DNA from: Tubulanus polymorphus
Taxonomy: Eukaryota; Animalia; Nemertea
DNA: 64,000 nt
Assembly: GCF_964204645.1 (NCBI RefSeq)
Contig: NC_134030.1
Location: 10,623,947 to 10,687,946, forward strand
Direction: 5' to 3'
Part shown: piece by piece, positions 50,601 to 64,000 of the stretch
How the letters are laid out: each line of letters starts with the position of its first letter
How positions within the stretch are numbered: the first letter of the stretch is position 1
Notes under the pieces: model-generated
Database searches by the model: none
Told to the model about the DNA's origin: nothing
What the model saw: only the letters and a program-made list of their open reading frames with translations
Translations under genes and position numbers: made by a program

Positions 50601-51587
50601 TTATCCAAGCCACCTATATACTATGCGGACCAGTTCTTCACGAAATGTCTTCAAATTCGCGATATATATGAAAAAATTTATAGCGCTGTTAGTGATCATT
50701 AAGACACTCCCGATAAGGATGATCAAATACTCTATTTGGCTTGGTAAATGCCTCACCGTGTTGCTTGAATAGTTAACCAATTCGAATAGAGTATTCGGTG
50801 CGTTCAATACAAAAAATGCTATGATTATGCAAATTAGATTGCGTACGCATCTGCGTTCCTGTTCTGAGGTATTCGTGTTTTTAAACTGGACGTTTCGTCT
50901 GGCGAACTGCGTCCCGATCACAACCGTCGAAAATACCAAACCGATCCACGGAATTATGGTCATCGTCGTGTAAGAATAGATTATGATTATTTGTGCTATG
51001 ATTTTTGAGTCGGTGTTCATTTGGCAGTTTTTTAAGCCGGGTCCGATGGTTTTAACGTGGAAAATGAAACCATGAGCGCTTTCCGCAACGGCGTAGTAAA
51101 GAAAAACCGATATGACAAGATTCCGGCGTCGTACCCGAGTCACCAGTCTCCCGATGTGCAAAGGTACCAGCACCGCCATACTGCGCTCGACGGCAAAACA
51201 TAACAGAATCCACGAAGAGCATTTGATTCCGAAATTTATGAGTGTCATGCCCAGTTTGCACGCGAATTCATTCACCGCGTAGAACACGTACCGACCATGC
51301 GCGCTGCCGGCCACGATTTGAATTCGTTCGAGAGACTTCAACGAAAAAGTGACGACGAAAATCGAATCTGAAAAAGCTAGCGGTATAAGATACTGGAACG
51401 AACACGCGTCTAACGTGCGACGCAGACGGAACAGGACGACTATAGACAGAATACCACCCGTAGCACCGGTCACCATCCAGAAATAAATGTAAATATTGAA
51501 CGTGTACCAAACACCGTTCTGCCACGTAAGATATGATAGAAACCTATAACGCATGACGCTCGTCGAGTTTGTACCAGTAACCGTCAT
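50601..51587 (-). CDS. Intronless rhodopsin-class GPCR (peptide-receptor-like/chemoreceptor-like, invertebrate-expanded type)
   Basis: Seven hydrophobic segments; LAFSD (TM2), C..SSWILLCFAVERSMAV (TM3), IIPW (TM5), FFVLNAP (TM6), NSAINFFIY...FR (TM7/helix 8). First in-frame ATG at 51587; the ORF track start at 51668 is TTG. Confidence 0.9.
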   Translation of the reverse strand: MTVTGTNSTSVMRYRFLSYLTWQNGVWYTFNIYIYFWMVTGATGGILSIVVLFRLRRTLDACSFQYLIPLAFSDSIFVVTFSLKSLERIQIVAGSAHGRYVFYAVNEFACKLGMTLINFGIKCSSWILLCFAVERSMAVLVPLHIGRLVTRVRRRNLVISVFLYYAVAESAHGFIFHVKTIGPGLKNCQMNTDSKIIAQIIIIYSYTTMTIIPWIGLVFSTVVIGTQFARRNVQFKNTNTSEQERRCVRNLICIIIAFFVLNAPNTLFELVNYSSNTVRHLPSQIEYLIILIGSVLMITNSAINFFIYIANLKTFREELVRIVYRWLG

Positions 51588-52904
51588 CTTCCCGAGGCTA
51601 CTGCTATTCCAGTAATATGCAATTATGAATGTTTTGACATTGCAAGCACTTTTTAAATGCCAATCCAATTAGTAACCAAACCAGTTACCGTTTAAAGCAG
51701 AGTCCAGTAATATATGCCCGATTCATTAACGAATTTAAAAATATCGATGCATGTCTTAGCAAAATCAGTCATTTTCACTGTTTCAATCAGTTCATTATCA
51801 CTGTTTCTATCATAGAGTCTAAACAAATCTAAACATTGTGAGTCGAGGAGAAGACACAATATCCGTATATGATGAATAAACGCGAGAAATCCCACAATAG
51901 TCTTTAGCCGAAACATTGCGCAAATATGTTTACTCTTATTCAAGTTTCTCGTTTTGGCTTTATCTATTGCGGGATTTCTCGCATTGAAATCTAAACATTG
52001 TATATGAAATTTAACTGTTGGACCGCGTACGAGTGCTTACTGGTGTTAGTCCGTCGCTGGTACGGCTACTTCTCTTGACAGGATTTTCCATTTATCTAAG
52101 CTCAACCGACAAGCGTTATCTGCCACTTTGCAAAAAACAACCTCCAAATGGCTATTTCACACACCAACTGCAATTTTCCAGGGGAAGATTATTAAGTTTA
52201 CAGGTTTTAACGACACCTTTCTCGCGAAAAGGGCTATCTCAGTGGGAAGGCAGGGGTCCGGATCCCCAAGACCTCTTTGAAAAAGTAAAATACACAAACT
52301 ATCGATTCCAAATGATTTCAAGCCGCTTTTTCGATGAAAGTAAAATAATCAGTTCAGAAAACGTGCCAATGAAAATTGAAGTGCGATTCACAAATCCTTC
52401 AATGAAGATCACAAAAGTCTTTTCTTTAAATTAGACACACAAATTTTATTTCCATCAAATAAATGTATACAACATCATATAATATTAAAATCCCCACAGT
52501 ATGCAAACACTTAAATTTCACAATTTTTTAATCATTCATTTTTACACATCAACAGCAGGTACTCATGGACAAGTGACAGCTGAACAAACCAGGGTGACCA
52601 CAATACATCCACTTTCAAATTTCCTAAGAACTTTCCCAGTGTTTTGATGAACGTCCCAGTCGGAAAAGACGAGAGAGTCCTCATCTCGACAGATACAAGT
52701 ACAGTTGGACCTCATTAATACAATACTGTTTAAGACGAAACCCGTTTATTATGATGATTTCCAACACTCGCAGCCGAGATATTCATATCAATCGAGATTT
52801 GGATAATAAGAAACCTGCTTAATACAACAATGTACGACAATTTCACTTTTGGCCACCAGATTGGTATTAACTAGGTTCCACTGTTATAGTCAGCTAGCCT
52901 GTTA

Positions 52905-53544
52905 AGGCTGGCTTATGTCGACAAGCAACGCGATGCCTACCGACGAAACTGGGTTTATCGCCGATTAGCGGCAACTAGCGGCCAACAAGAGGCCGCCAGT
53001 TGCTCCTCAATCATTTGAGCGCAGGAGTTCCAGCCAATGAGAGATCGCATATACATAGTACAAATTATCACCGCTAGTTAGCGTCATTCGTAATTAGTCA
53101 TAAACTTTCAAATTCAAGTAGTTCAAAACGTAAACCAAACCTTCAGCACGGCAGAGGAGTGGACCGAAGATCTAGAAACGAAATTGGTAGAATTATGGTG
53201 TGAGCGGCCATCTTTATAGATGTCGCGAGCACGTTGTATTCAATACAGAATCAGAAAGATCAAAGTCTTAAAGAAATAGCTTTTCTAATAGAAGTATATT
53301 TCCTATGAATTCAAATTTATTCTCAAAATGCTTATCACGTGACCATTTGAGCCGTTGCAGTTGCCAGCAATCGCAACCGACATAAGCAGGGAAGCAACTG
53401 GGAGGATCTCATATCTCGCTAGTCGGCCTCAGTTGCTGCGAATCGGAGCGCAGTCGACATAAGCTGGGCTGCGATCGCGGTTGCTCTCAGTTGCGTCGGT
53501 AGGAGTCGGTAGGCGTCGCGTTGCTTGTCGACATAAGCCAGCCT
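52905..53544 (+). mobile_element. Non-autonomous PIF/Harbinger element with a MADF-domain remnant
   Basis: TIRs AGGCTGGCTTATGTCGACAAGCAACGCGA / TCGCGTTGCTTGTCGACATAAGCCAGCCT; TTA TSD; internal EEWTEDLETKLVELWCERPSL(fs)DVASTLYS...LKEIA. Confidence 0.88.
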
Positions 53545-55154
53545 TTAATATTCCAACTTTCAGTTAATACATTTCTATAGGAATTTAAGCTTAAAGCTAC
53601 ATGAAACTAATATTCTTCAAAATCTGTTACGTTCTGTTGACAGAGATAGAGAACAACACAACATAAACACCATTTCCCAGAGTTTTCCAGAGAGTGATCA
53701 GATTCTATCGAATTCCCTGTGCTTTCCCTGTCTCCCAGAATCGTTGTCGCTATGACACGGATGAGATGCAAGATTCTAAAATTTTCACATTTTTCACACA
53801 TTTCTCCACACAAAAAAAAAAAAAACAGGATTTTCACATATATTTCTATACCAGAAACGTAATCTTAAACAATACATTTTTCAAAAGAGATATATACCTA
53901 ACGCGATTTCTACATTTTCGACGAGGTTTTATGCAAGAATTGCGTAGTTAAAGGTGTTTAAGACAATGTAACTATTTTGACACGTAATAATTAGGGTATA
54001 CAATCAATGACTAACACTAGAGTATGAACACGTACAAGTACTATGAACTACCTCATGTCAAAGCAGAGCCCAGACAGATAGAACAACATATACAGCCTAT
54101 AAGGTAAACTACACAAAATTTCTGACAACCAGAATTTTCAACAATATTTTCACATCTTTATCACACAAATTTACTCTCCAGAAATTTTCACTTTTTTTAC
54201 ATGCATCTCATCCTTGCTGGTATTGTATCTCGTGACATGACCGCCCGTAATTAAATAACTACATGTATAAACCATACAACCTGTAGACCCTGCTTTAAAT
54301 GACAATTTTGATCGATCCACCTATATAGTGTATAGACGTAGGTAAAAAAACTTGAATTTTTAAATCTGGATATTGTAAACTGGATTGATCTCGTTTGGTC
54401 CCAAATGATCCGTTTAAAGCAGGGTTTACCGTAGATGGCATGTTTTTTTCAGCATAAACTTTAACCTGTAACCGAAGTGCGCAAACACATTCGTTTATTT
54501 ATTAGTCTAGATAAATATATGTATACAGTTAACCAAGCAGTAGGATTGGATGAAGTTGGATGAATGCTGAAGTCAGAGGAAAATATTGTCAAAATAACGT
54601 TTTCCCTTCTCGATTTCAAATGCACGGGTACAAGTATTTCTGTCATAGCCAATATCCAAAATGGGTATGAGAAAATTGCGATTGGAGCACGTAGCACGCG
54701 TGCTCCCGTGTGGATCTGCCCCTGGTGTAGGCCTCGCTTCTCGCATTGTTATAAATGTAAGATTAGTCGATATATTCAATTACATACAGCAGTCAACCCG
54801 CTTAAGTCAGATTTCCATAAAACGTTTCGGACCATCTTCTATACTAGCAATGCTAAATTCGTTCCCGATTTTGACTGATGTCGGACAAAAATCTCCCTGT
54901 TCCCCAAAAGATCCGACTTAAACAGGCTTCCCTGTACATGTACATGTACTAAGATTGCGCTCAATTTCTTATTTAGTCAAACTCTTTGCCCGAAAGCTCG
55001 AAAATCCGACTTTTTCGTATAATCAGAGTCGTAGAAAATCTTCCAGGCCCAAATCATCCGAATTAGCGCATGGTCTGCTGTACTACGCCGTAAATATAAA
55101 TCGGTATGACCGGACTGAATATTCGAAAGATGCCGTGCGCTTCGCGGTGAAATC

Positions 55155-58100
55155 TCAACTTTTGAGTTCGGCGAATTTCAAACCGACCGGCAGACCGTAG
55201 ATAGCAGGCGCGGCGCCGTTGAGAAACTGCATGCGACAAATCGAACGCGCTTGACACATCAGTTCGTTGATCGTCGTTCCCTCCGCCGAACGGAACCAGG
55301 CGGTGATCAGTTGCTCGAAAAATCTGTCGATATCTCGGTCGGTGATATCCCAAAGATTACCGATCGCGACCGGACTGAAAGTAAATCATGTTAACATGTA
55401 CTTGCGTGTGCATAGATAGATCAGGTTAATAAAACGACAACAAAAATAAGTTTTTCCATGTTATAACACACAATTTCCTGCGTGAATCGGCAGGTGAATG
55501 GCTAGATTCTTTTGGTTAAAAGTGTTACAACTTATTAATTTTTCACAAATCACGTATTGATGAAGAAACTCGTGGACAATAGCATCCAGATTCCGCAAGA
55601 TATCCCTGATTTTTTCTAGATCATCTATTTTACTCTGTGGTTACAAAAGTTGATTGTATCGAAATTCCTCTTCCAAGTTGGTAACCATTTTCAAAAGTTT
55701 ACTTTTCGCCATCAAACAATTACTCACCCTCCGCTAAAAAGATAGTTCAGCATTGTGCCGGTGACTTCGAGGTCGCCCTGAACTTGCAACAGTCCGCTGC
55801 TGCAACCCATGATAAACGATACGACTCGCGACTGTATGCTCTGCAATATTTCTCCTTTAACGTAACGAGTACCACTTCCGTGACCCAAATACCTGTAAAA
55901 TGTGCACATGTTACGACCTTAGAAATTAATTCCCCATGACAAGACATTAATGGCGCACGAAAGCGAACTCCACCGGGCTCTGAGCATGAATGACTTGGTC
56001 ACAGCGGAGCTAAAACTTAAGTGATAATGGTGGTGACTACTGGTAGGTAAGATGAGATGTCACGTTATGTACCCTGGGTGACTAGGTTGAAGTTTAGTTA
56101 ATAATAGTAATGATTTATTTTTATATAGCGCTTAACTAAAACCATAATCTAAAAACATATATGCAGGGTTCTTCAAAAATCTTACAATTATAAATAAGAT
56201 AACAAGATAGTTGAAATAATAAGAATAAGAATAAGATCATTTCAAACGTGAAAAGGAAACAGGATATCGAACTGAATGGAATGAACTGATGTAATTACTA
56301 TCGTGATAAAACTGCCCGCTCATTTGAGAATTTTTCTTCTTACTTACATGAACAAATCATTGTTAGTCAACGCGTCTTTGTAGTCATCTGCCGAAGGCAA
56401 CGATCCACAGATACCGGGCCATCCTTGTTTTCTAAAAAACGTGAATATGGTAACTTTTCGCAAATTTAGTGGTGGCATTACAATAACAATCTGTAAATTT
56501 ACATAGCGCCTGATCATTCCAGAAATGTTTGTCGGCGCTTACAACCATCAAGTGCTACTAGAAGAGAGCTTAACGCTTTACAAGATGTTTCAGGCTGTGC
56601 ATGCAGGGGAGGATCTAGGAAAAAAGGAAGGCCAGGGTCTAGAAGAAAATAAAAGGCATTTCTCGGATAAAGCAGCCGTACCAAACGCCGCTTACAGGGT
56701 CCCAATCCTCTGTATATAGATATTTTTGAAGAATTACATCCTGGATTATGCAAATTCCCATAAAACGAGTGTCAAATTTGGCTTAGCCCTTGATTTGAAT
56801 GTGTTCAGATTGTCAATAAATCCTAACATTACACTGGCGTGAAGAACGTAGAACATGTGTTTATGCATTGATGCATGCATTACTGTGTGTATGCGTGTGT
56901 GGTGCATATATTGGCTATTATTCTTCATCGATTGGTCCACAAATTTTGTCACAAATAAGTTTTATGTTACATCTGACAATTTTCTTCACGGCCTTACACG
57001 AATTATCTTCAGCCGTACGGATTCGGATAAAGGAAATAAAAAATTCGAGATCATCTTACTTGAACCACTTGGAGAACGTTTGCTTGGTGTGTGGGAGGTT
57101 ATTGTCAGGATCGAGTATGTAGTACGCTTTCCTCGCGTCTACTCCGACGTTGTAGACGGATGTGTCGTCTTCACCGTGCAGTCGGAGTTCAGCACTGATC
57201 GCGTAAATCGACAACATTCTCGACACGGGATGATTGATCAACATCGGGATCGAATCCCACGGCATCATCTGCAATAACTGTAATGTAAAAGCTATTGTTA
57301 GTATATGGAAGGTTTCTTTTTGCTTACCATATTGATCAGAGTGGCCAGGTGGATGATTTAATGCGTGATCAAGCTGTCTCAACAATATTCCCCGAAATTT
57401 CCTGTTTTTTTTTTACAGTTAAGAATATTCTTTCCCTGATTTCCAGGTCAGGGCCACTATGATTGATGGATGGGTGGCCAGAGGTCACCCTTCGACCGAT
57501 GAACTTTGCTGCGGCACACCTGAAGACTGACTATGTAGTTTTTACCCCAAATGAATTCCATATTGAAAATGGTCATTAAATTGAAAATAAACGAAAAATT
57601 ATACCGATTTGAGATTATCTTTATATTGTTGGGAGTTGTCGCTCTAAAAAGAGTTGAAACTATTCTCAAATAGGAGTGGTATTGAGTCTGATCTAGAGCC
57701 CCCAGCAATCTAACCCATGAATCCTGGATCGACTTGAATGGTATGCCAATGATGCCTTTACACCTTGAGCGACCACCTATACACATGTACTACAATTTCC
57801 TGCCGATGACAAACATAATATTCCATATTATGAGCTTTGTTTCTTTGTATCGTCTTCAGTAAACATGTTTTTTTTTTTCAAATTTTCATATGGCATGCAA
57901 ATGTTGCTCTACATGGTTTGACGCCTAAGGTATTTAAGCCCACTCTGAGATAATAATTACAGTAGAATAACATTACAATAAACTTCAGCAGAGCAGAAAT
58001 AATCAAATCTTCATCAGTATCAGCGTATAAGTGAGTGACCGCTCTGCGATCTTGCACTGGCTAGCTGTACATATTCCCTTATCTGTGTTGTAGAGGTTAG

Positions 58101-59198
58101 TAAAAGGGGGTAAACTAGTTTCAGATCATTTTCATTCATATAAAGATTTTCAGCTCTTTTATCAGTAGACGAAGGCATATTCTAGTTCTATTGTACATAC
58201 TTGGGAATTCTGAAAATAACTCCAAAAAAAAAAATTTGACCATATCTACAACAAATACTGATATATTTCACAATAAAAATTTACCCGATCAAGTACAAGA
58301 ATGAGAGGACTTCGTTTCAAGGCGGCGCTCTCGAGTTTATTTGAATATTTCCGGATAGCTGCAGCAATTTGTCGCGCATTTGCTTCCGATACAGCTGGGA
58401 AGCTTTCTTTGACAGCCTGGTAGAGCGGCTGGATATCATCGTATAAATGGGCAGAATTCAACAATATCTACAAAACCAAAAATTACTTAAAAAAATTACT
58501 GTGACAATATACGCTTTTACACGGTCAACCTAACATTATACCCGTAAGAGGACCTCATATCATAGAACGGGGAAACCTGGGATGACAGGGCAACTCGAGA
58601 CAAAACCTTTCCCATCGATGCTAGCGAAAAAAAGGTAAGTTTATCTACAGTTTCTTGAACGAGTTCAATCGCTAGAATGCTGGATAAAGATGAAAATGAT
58701 CAAGAAAATGCAGATGAACTCACCATTGCCGCTCACGTCAACAAAAAAGGTCTCACCTCAAGTTACTCTGTTGTCTCCTAAGTATCCCCATCCTACAGTA
58801 CCTAATGCAAATGGTCATGGTCGTTGGTTCAAGATTATTTCATCTCATTTTGCGTATTCTGTACGTAAAGTGTACTAATTGCAAATAAGGGAAAATGAGG
58901 GGGAAGAGGTGAGAGGGAAGGATGAGAGGAGAGAGGGAGTTATTAGAATCATATGTCTTCAACATGAATGCAAAGTTTCAAAGGGATACGAAACACTAGA
59001 GTCGACTCAATTTCGGAGACGTACGCGTAACATTTGTTGGCATTCAGCGTCGAGAGAGCAGCCGAGTTTCTCACAAATTCTAGACACCGCCGAAGCTGCT
59101 TGTTGTAAACGCTGTCGGTTCGATTCATCGGCCGGTTCACTCAATAACAATCCTTTCCACGGTCGAAGCAGTTTCTCTTCCATATCTTTGATGAGTAT
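55155..59198 (-). CDS. ESPL1: Separase (peptidase C50), six 3'-terminal exons; 5' part not found in this window
   Basis: Exons 59025-59198, 58285-58467, 57060-57277, 56348-56431, 55728-55892 and 55155-55374 splice in frame. Motifs PWKGLL, LILVLD..LQMMPW, YYILDP..NL, catalytic YLGHG and MGCSS, GNLWDITDRDID, GAAP.IYGLP. Confidence 0.95.
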
Positions 59199-60220
59199 CT
59201 AAAATTCAGAATCGATCATTTATACATATTTATTGCACTTTGTTTTTCTGGACATCTATACCGAAAAACTGGACTTTCTGCTTTAGTTGATGGTTGTTAC
59301 ATCGGCGAAAATTCAAACTTGAAACTGTGCTCCGGATCTAAAGAGTCTAATAATTGAAAAGAATTCATGGTTTGCGGAGTACGTGGCACCACAATCATGT
59401 GGATTAGTATTTTAGACCTTCCAAAAGTAATGCGCGGCAACGTTTTTCATTTCTTACATTTCACGTCAATGGCAAAATTGTAGCCAATAACCTGTAATCT
59501 ATTTTCTTCAATGGTGGAACTTTTCTAGGACCAACTGTTTGGGCCCTGGTGTGCTATGTAAATTATTTTCATTCAACAATACCTCCTTAATCGTAACTGA
59601 GACAACTACGTTCACTGTAAGATGTATACCAATAGAAAAACTTTTATTACTGAAGTTATTTCATTCGTGGATAACTGAGCCACTATAACAGTCACTATGC
59701 TTCATGATGATGAAATTTTTAATATCACAATTTATTTTTTATACATTTCCTATTTCATGGCAAATTTGTATGAGTCCACACGTTCATGTAAAAAGAAAGT
59801 CAAGAAAACAGTAGTTATTCAAATTCATGAATTTATTGACGTGTGGTTAAAACATGCAGTCCCTGGTTTCATTATTGTAAACTGCTCTAAAAAATCGCCC
59901 GCAAATACCTACATTTCATCTCGAGGGGCCGCGACAACATGGTGCCTAGAAACTTGGAAATTTCTTAAATTAGTTCATGCAAGTGACACCCGGGGACTGA
60001 ACCCTGAAAAAAACTACAACGCAGAAAACCTGTTATCGCTCATTTACAGCTAGCTACCGAGTATATATAATGGATAAAATTTTTGTTTCAATATTTTTTT
60101 CCCAGAGAGCAGCAGCCTCAGAATACGGTCTTTTTCACTTTGAATTCACTAATTACATGCATGAAGAACAGCACGTATCCAAGTTGGTGACCTACAGTCT
60201 AATCTTCGGGTCATTGGTTC

Positions 60221-61196
60221 TCATAATTGTGCTATGCGGACCAGTTCTTCGCGAAACGACTTCAAATTCGCGATATATATGAAAAAATTTATAGCGCTGT
60301 TTGTGGTCATTAAAACACTCCCGATAAGGACGATCAAATACTTAATTTGGGTTGGTAAATGCTCCAGCTTGACGCCGGAATAGTAAACCATTTCGAAGAG
60401 AGTATTCGGTGCATTCAATACGAAAAATGCTATGATTATGCTAATTAGATTACGTACGCATCTGCGTTCTTGTTCGGAGGTATTCGTGTTTTTAAACTGG
60501 ACGTCTCGTCTGGCGAACTGCGTCCCAATCACAACCGTCGAAAATACCAAACCGATCCACGGAATTATGGTAATGGTCGTGTAAGTATAGACAATGATTA
60601 TCTGCGCTACGATTTCAGGGTCAGCTTTCATTTGGCAGTTTTTCAAGCCGGGTCCAATGGTTTTAACGTGGAAAATGACACTGAGCGCTTTCCGCCACAG
60701 CCTGGTAAACGATAACCGATATGACAAGATTCCGGCGTCGTTCCGCCACCGCCATACTGCGCTCGACGGCAAAACATAACAGAATCCACGAAGAGCACTT
60801 GATTCCAAAATTGATAAGTACCATGCCCAGTTTGCACGCGATTTCGTTCACCGCGTAGAACACGTACCGACCATGCGCGTTGCCGGCCACGATAGGAATT
60901 CGTTCGAGAGACTTCAACGAAAAAGTGACGACGAAAATCGAATCGGAAAAAGCTAGCGGTATAAGATACTGGAACGAACACGCGTCCAGTGTGCGACGCA
61001 GACAGAACAGGACAACTGTAGACATTAAACCACCCGTAACACCGATCACCATCCAGAAATAGATGTAAATATTGAACGTGTACCAAACACCGTTCTGCCA
61101 CGTAAGAGATGATAGAAACACATAACTCATGACGCCCGTCGAGTTCGTACCAGAAACCGTCATCTTCCAGAGGCTACTGCCATTCGTGTAATACAT
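60221..61196 (-). pseudogene. Frameshifted paralog of the 50601-51587 GPCR
   Basis: Collinear and highly similar; net 33-nt deletion after ERSMAV (~60741-60746) and a 2-nt deletion frameshift at ~60681. Confidence 0.88.
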
Positions 61197-61557
61197 AATT
61201 ATCACTGACTGGAATACATTAATAAACCTACTTCGGTTACCGATAGTTAGCACTTTTTAAATGTCAATCCAATTAGTAACCAAACCAGTTTCCATTTTAA
61301 GCAGAGTACAGGTATGCATTAAAATCACTGCTGCATCAACTGATTTAAAAACATCAACATACATGTATATACGAATCTCATCACAAAATCAGTTCATTTT
61401 CACAGTTTCAACTATAGCGTCAAATTCTAACCAAGAACTGTGGAACTGGTAGCTGTGGTTTCATCATATATGAAATTCAACTGTTATCTTAGGTTCCACT
61501 GTAGTATACTGGGGTGTCTTATCTTAGATGATTACTCCAACGACCAAGAGTATCTTT

Positions 61558-61984
61558 AGCTGCGTTCACACGATTTTAGTACGTTACTAAGCATTCACAC
61601 TTGGAAATTATTCGAGGCCTATTCGCGGCTTATTCAGGTCGGTACTGAAATACGCGGCTTATTCAGCGCGGAATGCGATTCCGCGCCGAAAACCCGATCT
61701 CAGTACAGAACTGAGCTGGCCGCGTATTTTCTGTAGTGTGAAAGCAGATGCGGTGTTTAGCTAGCCGCGTATTTACATCCGCGTAGTACATTACACTCAA
61801 TACTAATTACACTCCCCTCTATCGGCACAGCGGGTGGCTACTATACTGGGTTAACTAAGTGCCAAATTGCCGACTCGTAGTGTGAACATAACTGACTGTG
61901 TAAGCGCCGTATTTTGGTGAATTTGGCATCAGCGAAGTACGGTACTTTATAAGCCAAAGCGACGAATCTAGTGTGAACGCAGCT
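61558..61984. mobile_element. MITE, Harbinger-like termini
   Basis: TIRs AGCTGCGTTCACAC / GTGTGAACGCAGCT with internal CACAC/GTGTG sub-repeats. Confidence 0.75.
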
Positions 61985-62009
61985 TTTGACGCAGGGAGTG
62001 TGCTATTTC

Positions 62010-63360
62010 AGCCTGTGTACAACTGTTCCAATCAATTACAGTTTTAGGGGAAAAAAGAGTTCATGAACTAATCGGTTCTTGTTTTCGGATCGCCTGAAAT
62101 TTCTTGGAGTTGTTGGACCTCGTGCAAGTGCTTCCTTGTGCGATATGGTGGGTATGGCTACTTCTCCTAATATGGTCAGAAATATAAAGTTCAAATTTTA
62201 ATAAAGGACCATCTGTCCAGTAGGAACTACTGAATACATTTTAGTCTTGAGCACAAATCGATTTGCTCCTGGATTTGCAAAAACGTATAAACAGCTGATA
62301 AAGATCAAATCATGGTAGACTGTGTAGTAAGCATGTTCAACTTTCTACGGAAGCCCATTGGTGACATACAAGATTATCTTTAAACAATTTCAACTTATTA
62401 AGCCGAAATTTGACAGAATCAGTCGAAATTCGTCGTAATAAGTCAAAATTCGACTCAACAAGTCGAATTTCGAGTTTTTAAACTGCATATTTGACCTCGG
62501 CTTATACACTGGCAAATTCGGTTAATATAAAAATATGCATATATGCATAGGTACAAATATGAATTTAAACATTTGATTCATTTCAATATCTAACTCCTCT
62601 GGTGGGGAGAACAATAACACACCATACTCCTAATAGGGCACGAGAACTGATGAAACTAAGATGGCCATATGGTCACAAGGACACAATATCAAAAGCGTGA
62701 TCCTATATGAAAATAGGAAATACAGAAGGGCTGAGCTGCCTGTACTGGGCATAATTAGTTCATGCAACTGCATAGTGCTACTGCAAAAAATCTGTTATTG
62801 CTGCTTTGCAACTATATTTTCGACATCAAGATTCAAGTTAACTGCGACTTGGACACAGTTCTAGAGCCCAGAAATGTGGATTCCGGGAAACTGGCTACGG
62901 TAGCTTCAAATTTAGCCTTGACTTGACCCGCGTCAACTGTTTAGACTAAGAAGCATTTGGGACAGCAATAACGTCTATGGGAAAGCATTGACGATACTAT
63001 TAGATGAATTTGATCGGAGACAGTTACATAGATGTCTCTTCTCATTCCTTACAGGGGAACTGCCAATCTGCTGACGTAATAATTTTCTATGACAACACCG
63101 GACGCCCTCAAGAATATCTCACCTCAAGTTTTGTGTTTGCTTCAATGCGGTATTTCCACCATCTTGTCTGCTCGGTTACTTCGGTGGAATTTAACCGGTT
63201 CTGCGATAATATATCGCGAAAAGTTGCAATAATATCCTTGCCCTATAAAAATAAGCGATAAAAGTACATCTCCATAATCATTATTTATGAGCATATATGA
63301 ACGAGAAAATTTTTTGTTTACCATATATACCGTTAGTTGTCGAATTTCTAGACCTAAAAT
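62010..63360 (-). mobile_element. Highly degraded CR1/L2-like LINE remnant with insertions
   Basis: FFSPKTVIDWNS near the 3' end plus scattered RT C-terminal-like segments; many stops. Confidence 0.45.
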
Positions 63361-63744
63361 CATTGAATTTAGTCAATGTCAATTTTTGGGTCGACATTCA
63401 CAGAAATACTTTACGGCATAAGAAGTTTTTTGAGTAACAGGGTCCAGAAAATTACTAAACGAATATCAATGCCATATGGGAAATAATAAGCCCAAATAAG
63501 GGTGTGCAAGTACTATAGTTTATACTGGGCTGTAGGGCTGTGACCATAGATATTTTGCTTATGATTTCGATAAAAATCAATAATAATTTCATTTTTCATT
63601 TAACTATAAGGGAATACATGTACAAGATATAATAATGACAATAGTGATTATGTATAGTAAATGAAGGAAGCAGTGAAAGCCTAGAAGCTGTACAGGTCAC
63701 TGCACCTAAAAAGAAATATATCAAAATAATTATAGTAGTTATAG

Positions 63745-63755
63745 CGTAAATAATG

Positions 63756-63797
<42 letters not shown>

Positions 63798-64000
63798 GTA
63801 TGATTTGTTTAGGGGCGAATCAAGGGGTCTCATGAGACTTACACAACAGTCTCTCCAAATTCTGATAAGCATATAATCTTACTGAAAATTACAAAAAAGG
63901 TGAAAATGGTTCTCGGGCTAAAACTCTGAAATTATGATGTGTTAATGGTTCCCATTGCATTTCGGATATGTCGTATCTGAGGCCAAAAGCAAAATTTTGT
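63745..64000 (-). mobile_element. LINE 3' end with (TAT)n tail
   Basis: QSFSPRTI motif at ~63905-63935, then a 3' UTR ending in a (TAT)n run at ~63750-63793. Confidence 0.6.

Noticed and set aside
56855-57277. 140-aa + strand ORF
   Set aside because: Antisense to a separase exon.
59910-60005. Candidate next upstream separase exon (ttttttcag...gtaggt on the minus strand)
   Set aside because: Stops in all three frames and no separase-like motif.
63681-63872. Poly-Tyr ORF
   Set aside because: Translation of a (TAT)n retroelement tail.

Overview
This is AT-rich, intron-containing animal genomic DNA from a non-vertebrate bilaterian, probably a marine invertebrate; it is not prokaryotic, so most ORF-track entries are exon pieces, antisense shadows or transposon debris. 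Genes reconstructed by hand from GT-AG junctions: (1) a 3-exon Rough homeobox gene on the minus strand (5920-8635), followed by about 14 kb of gene-poor upstream DNA holding one tRNA-Glu(TTC); (2) a ~25 kb island (22.7-48.0 kb) of small secreted-protein genes that all begin with a similar signal-peptide exon ending in a phase-1 intron: a multi-domain antistasin-type protein built from nine intact 87-nt exons, an Asp/Glu-rich peptide, a Ser/Asp-rich peptide, a Cys + Lys-rich cationic peptide, and possibly a disrupted 6-Cys peptide; (3) an intronless rhodopsin-class GPCR and its frameshifted paralog, on either side of the six 3' exons of separase (ESPL1). Repeats include MULE-, Harbinger- and IS3EU-type non-autonomous elements, foldback elements, LINE fragments, and Penelope-type minimal hammerhead ribozyme motifs. 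The best candidate for something undescribed is the secreted-peptide island. A degraded Erv1/Alr-like + RING remnant at 2.5-3.1 kb is a weaker lead. All gene models are manual and lack transcript or database support.
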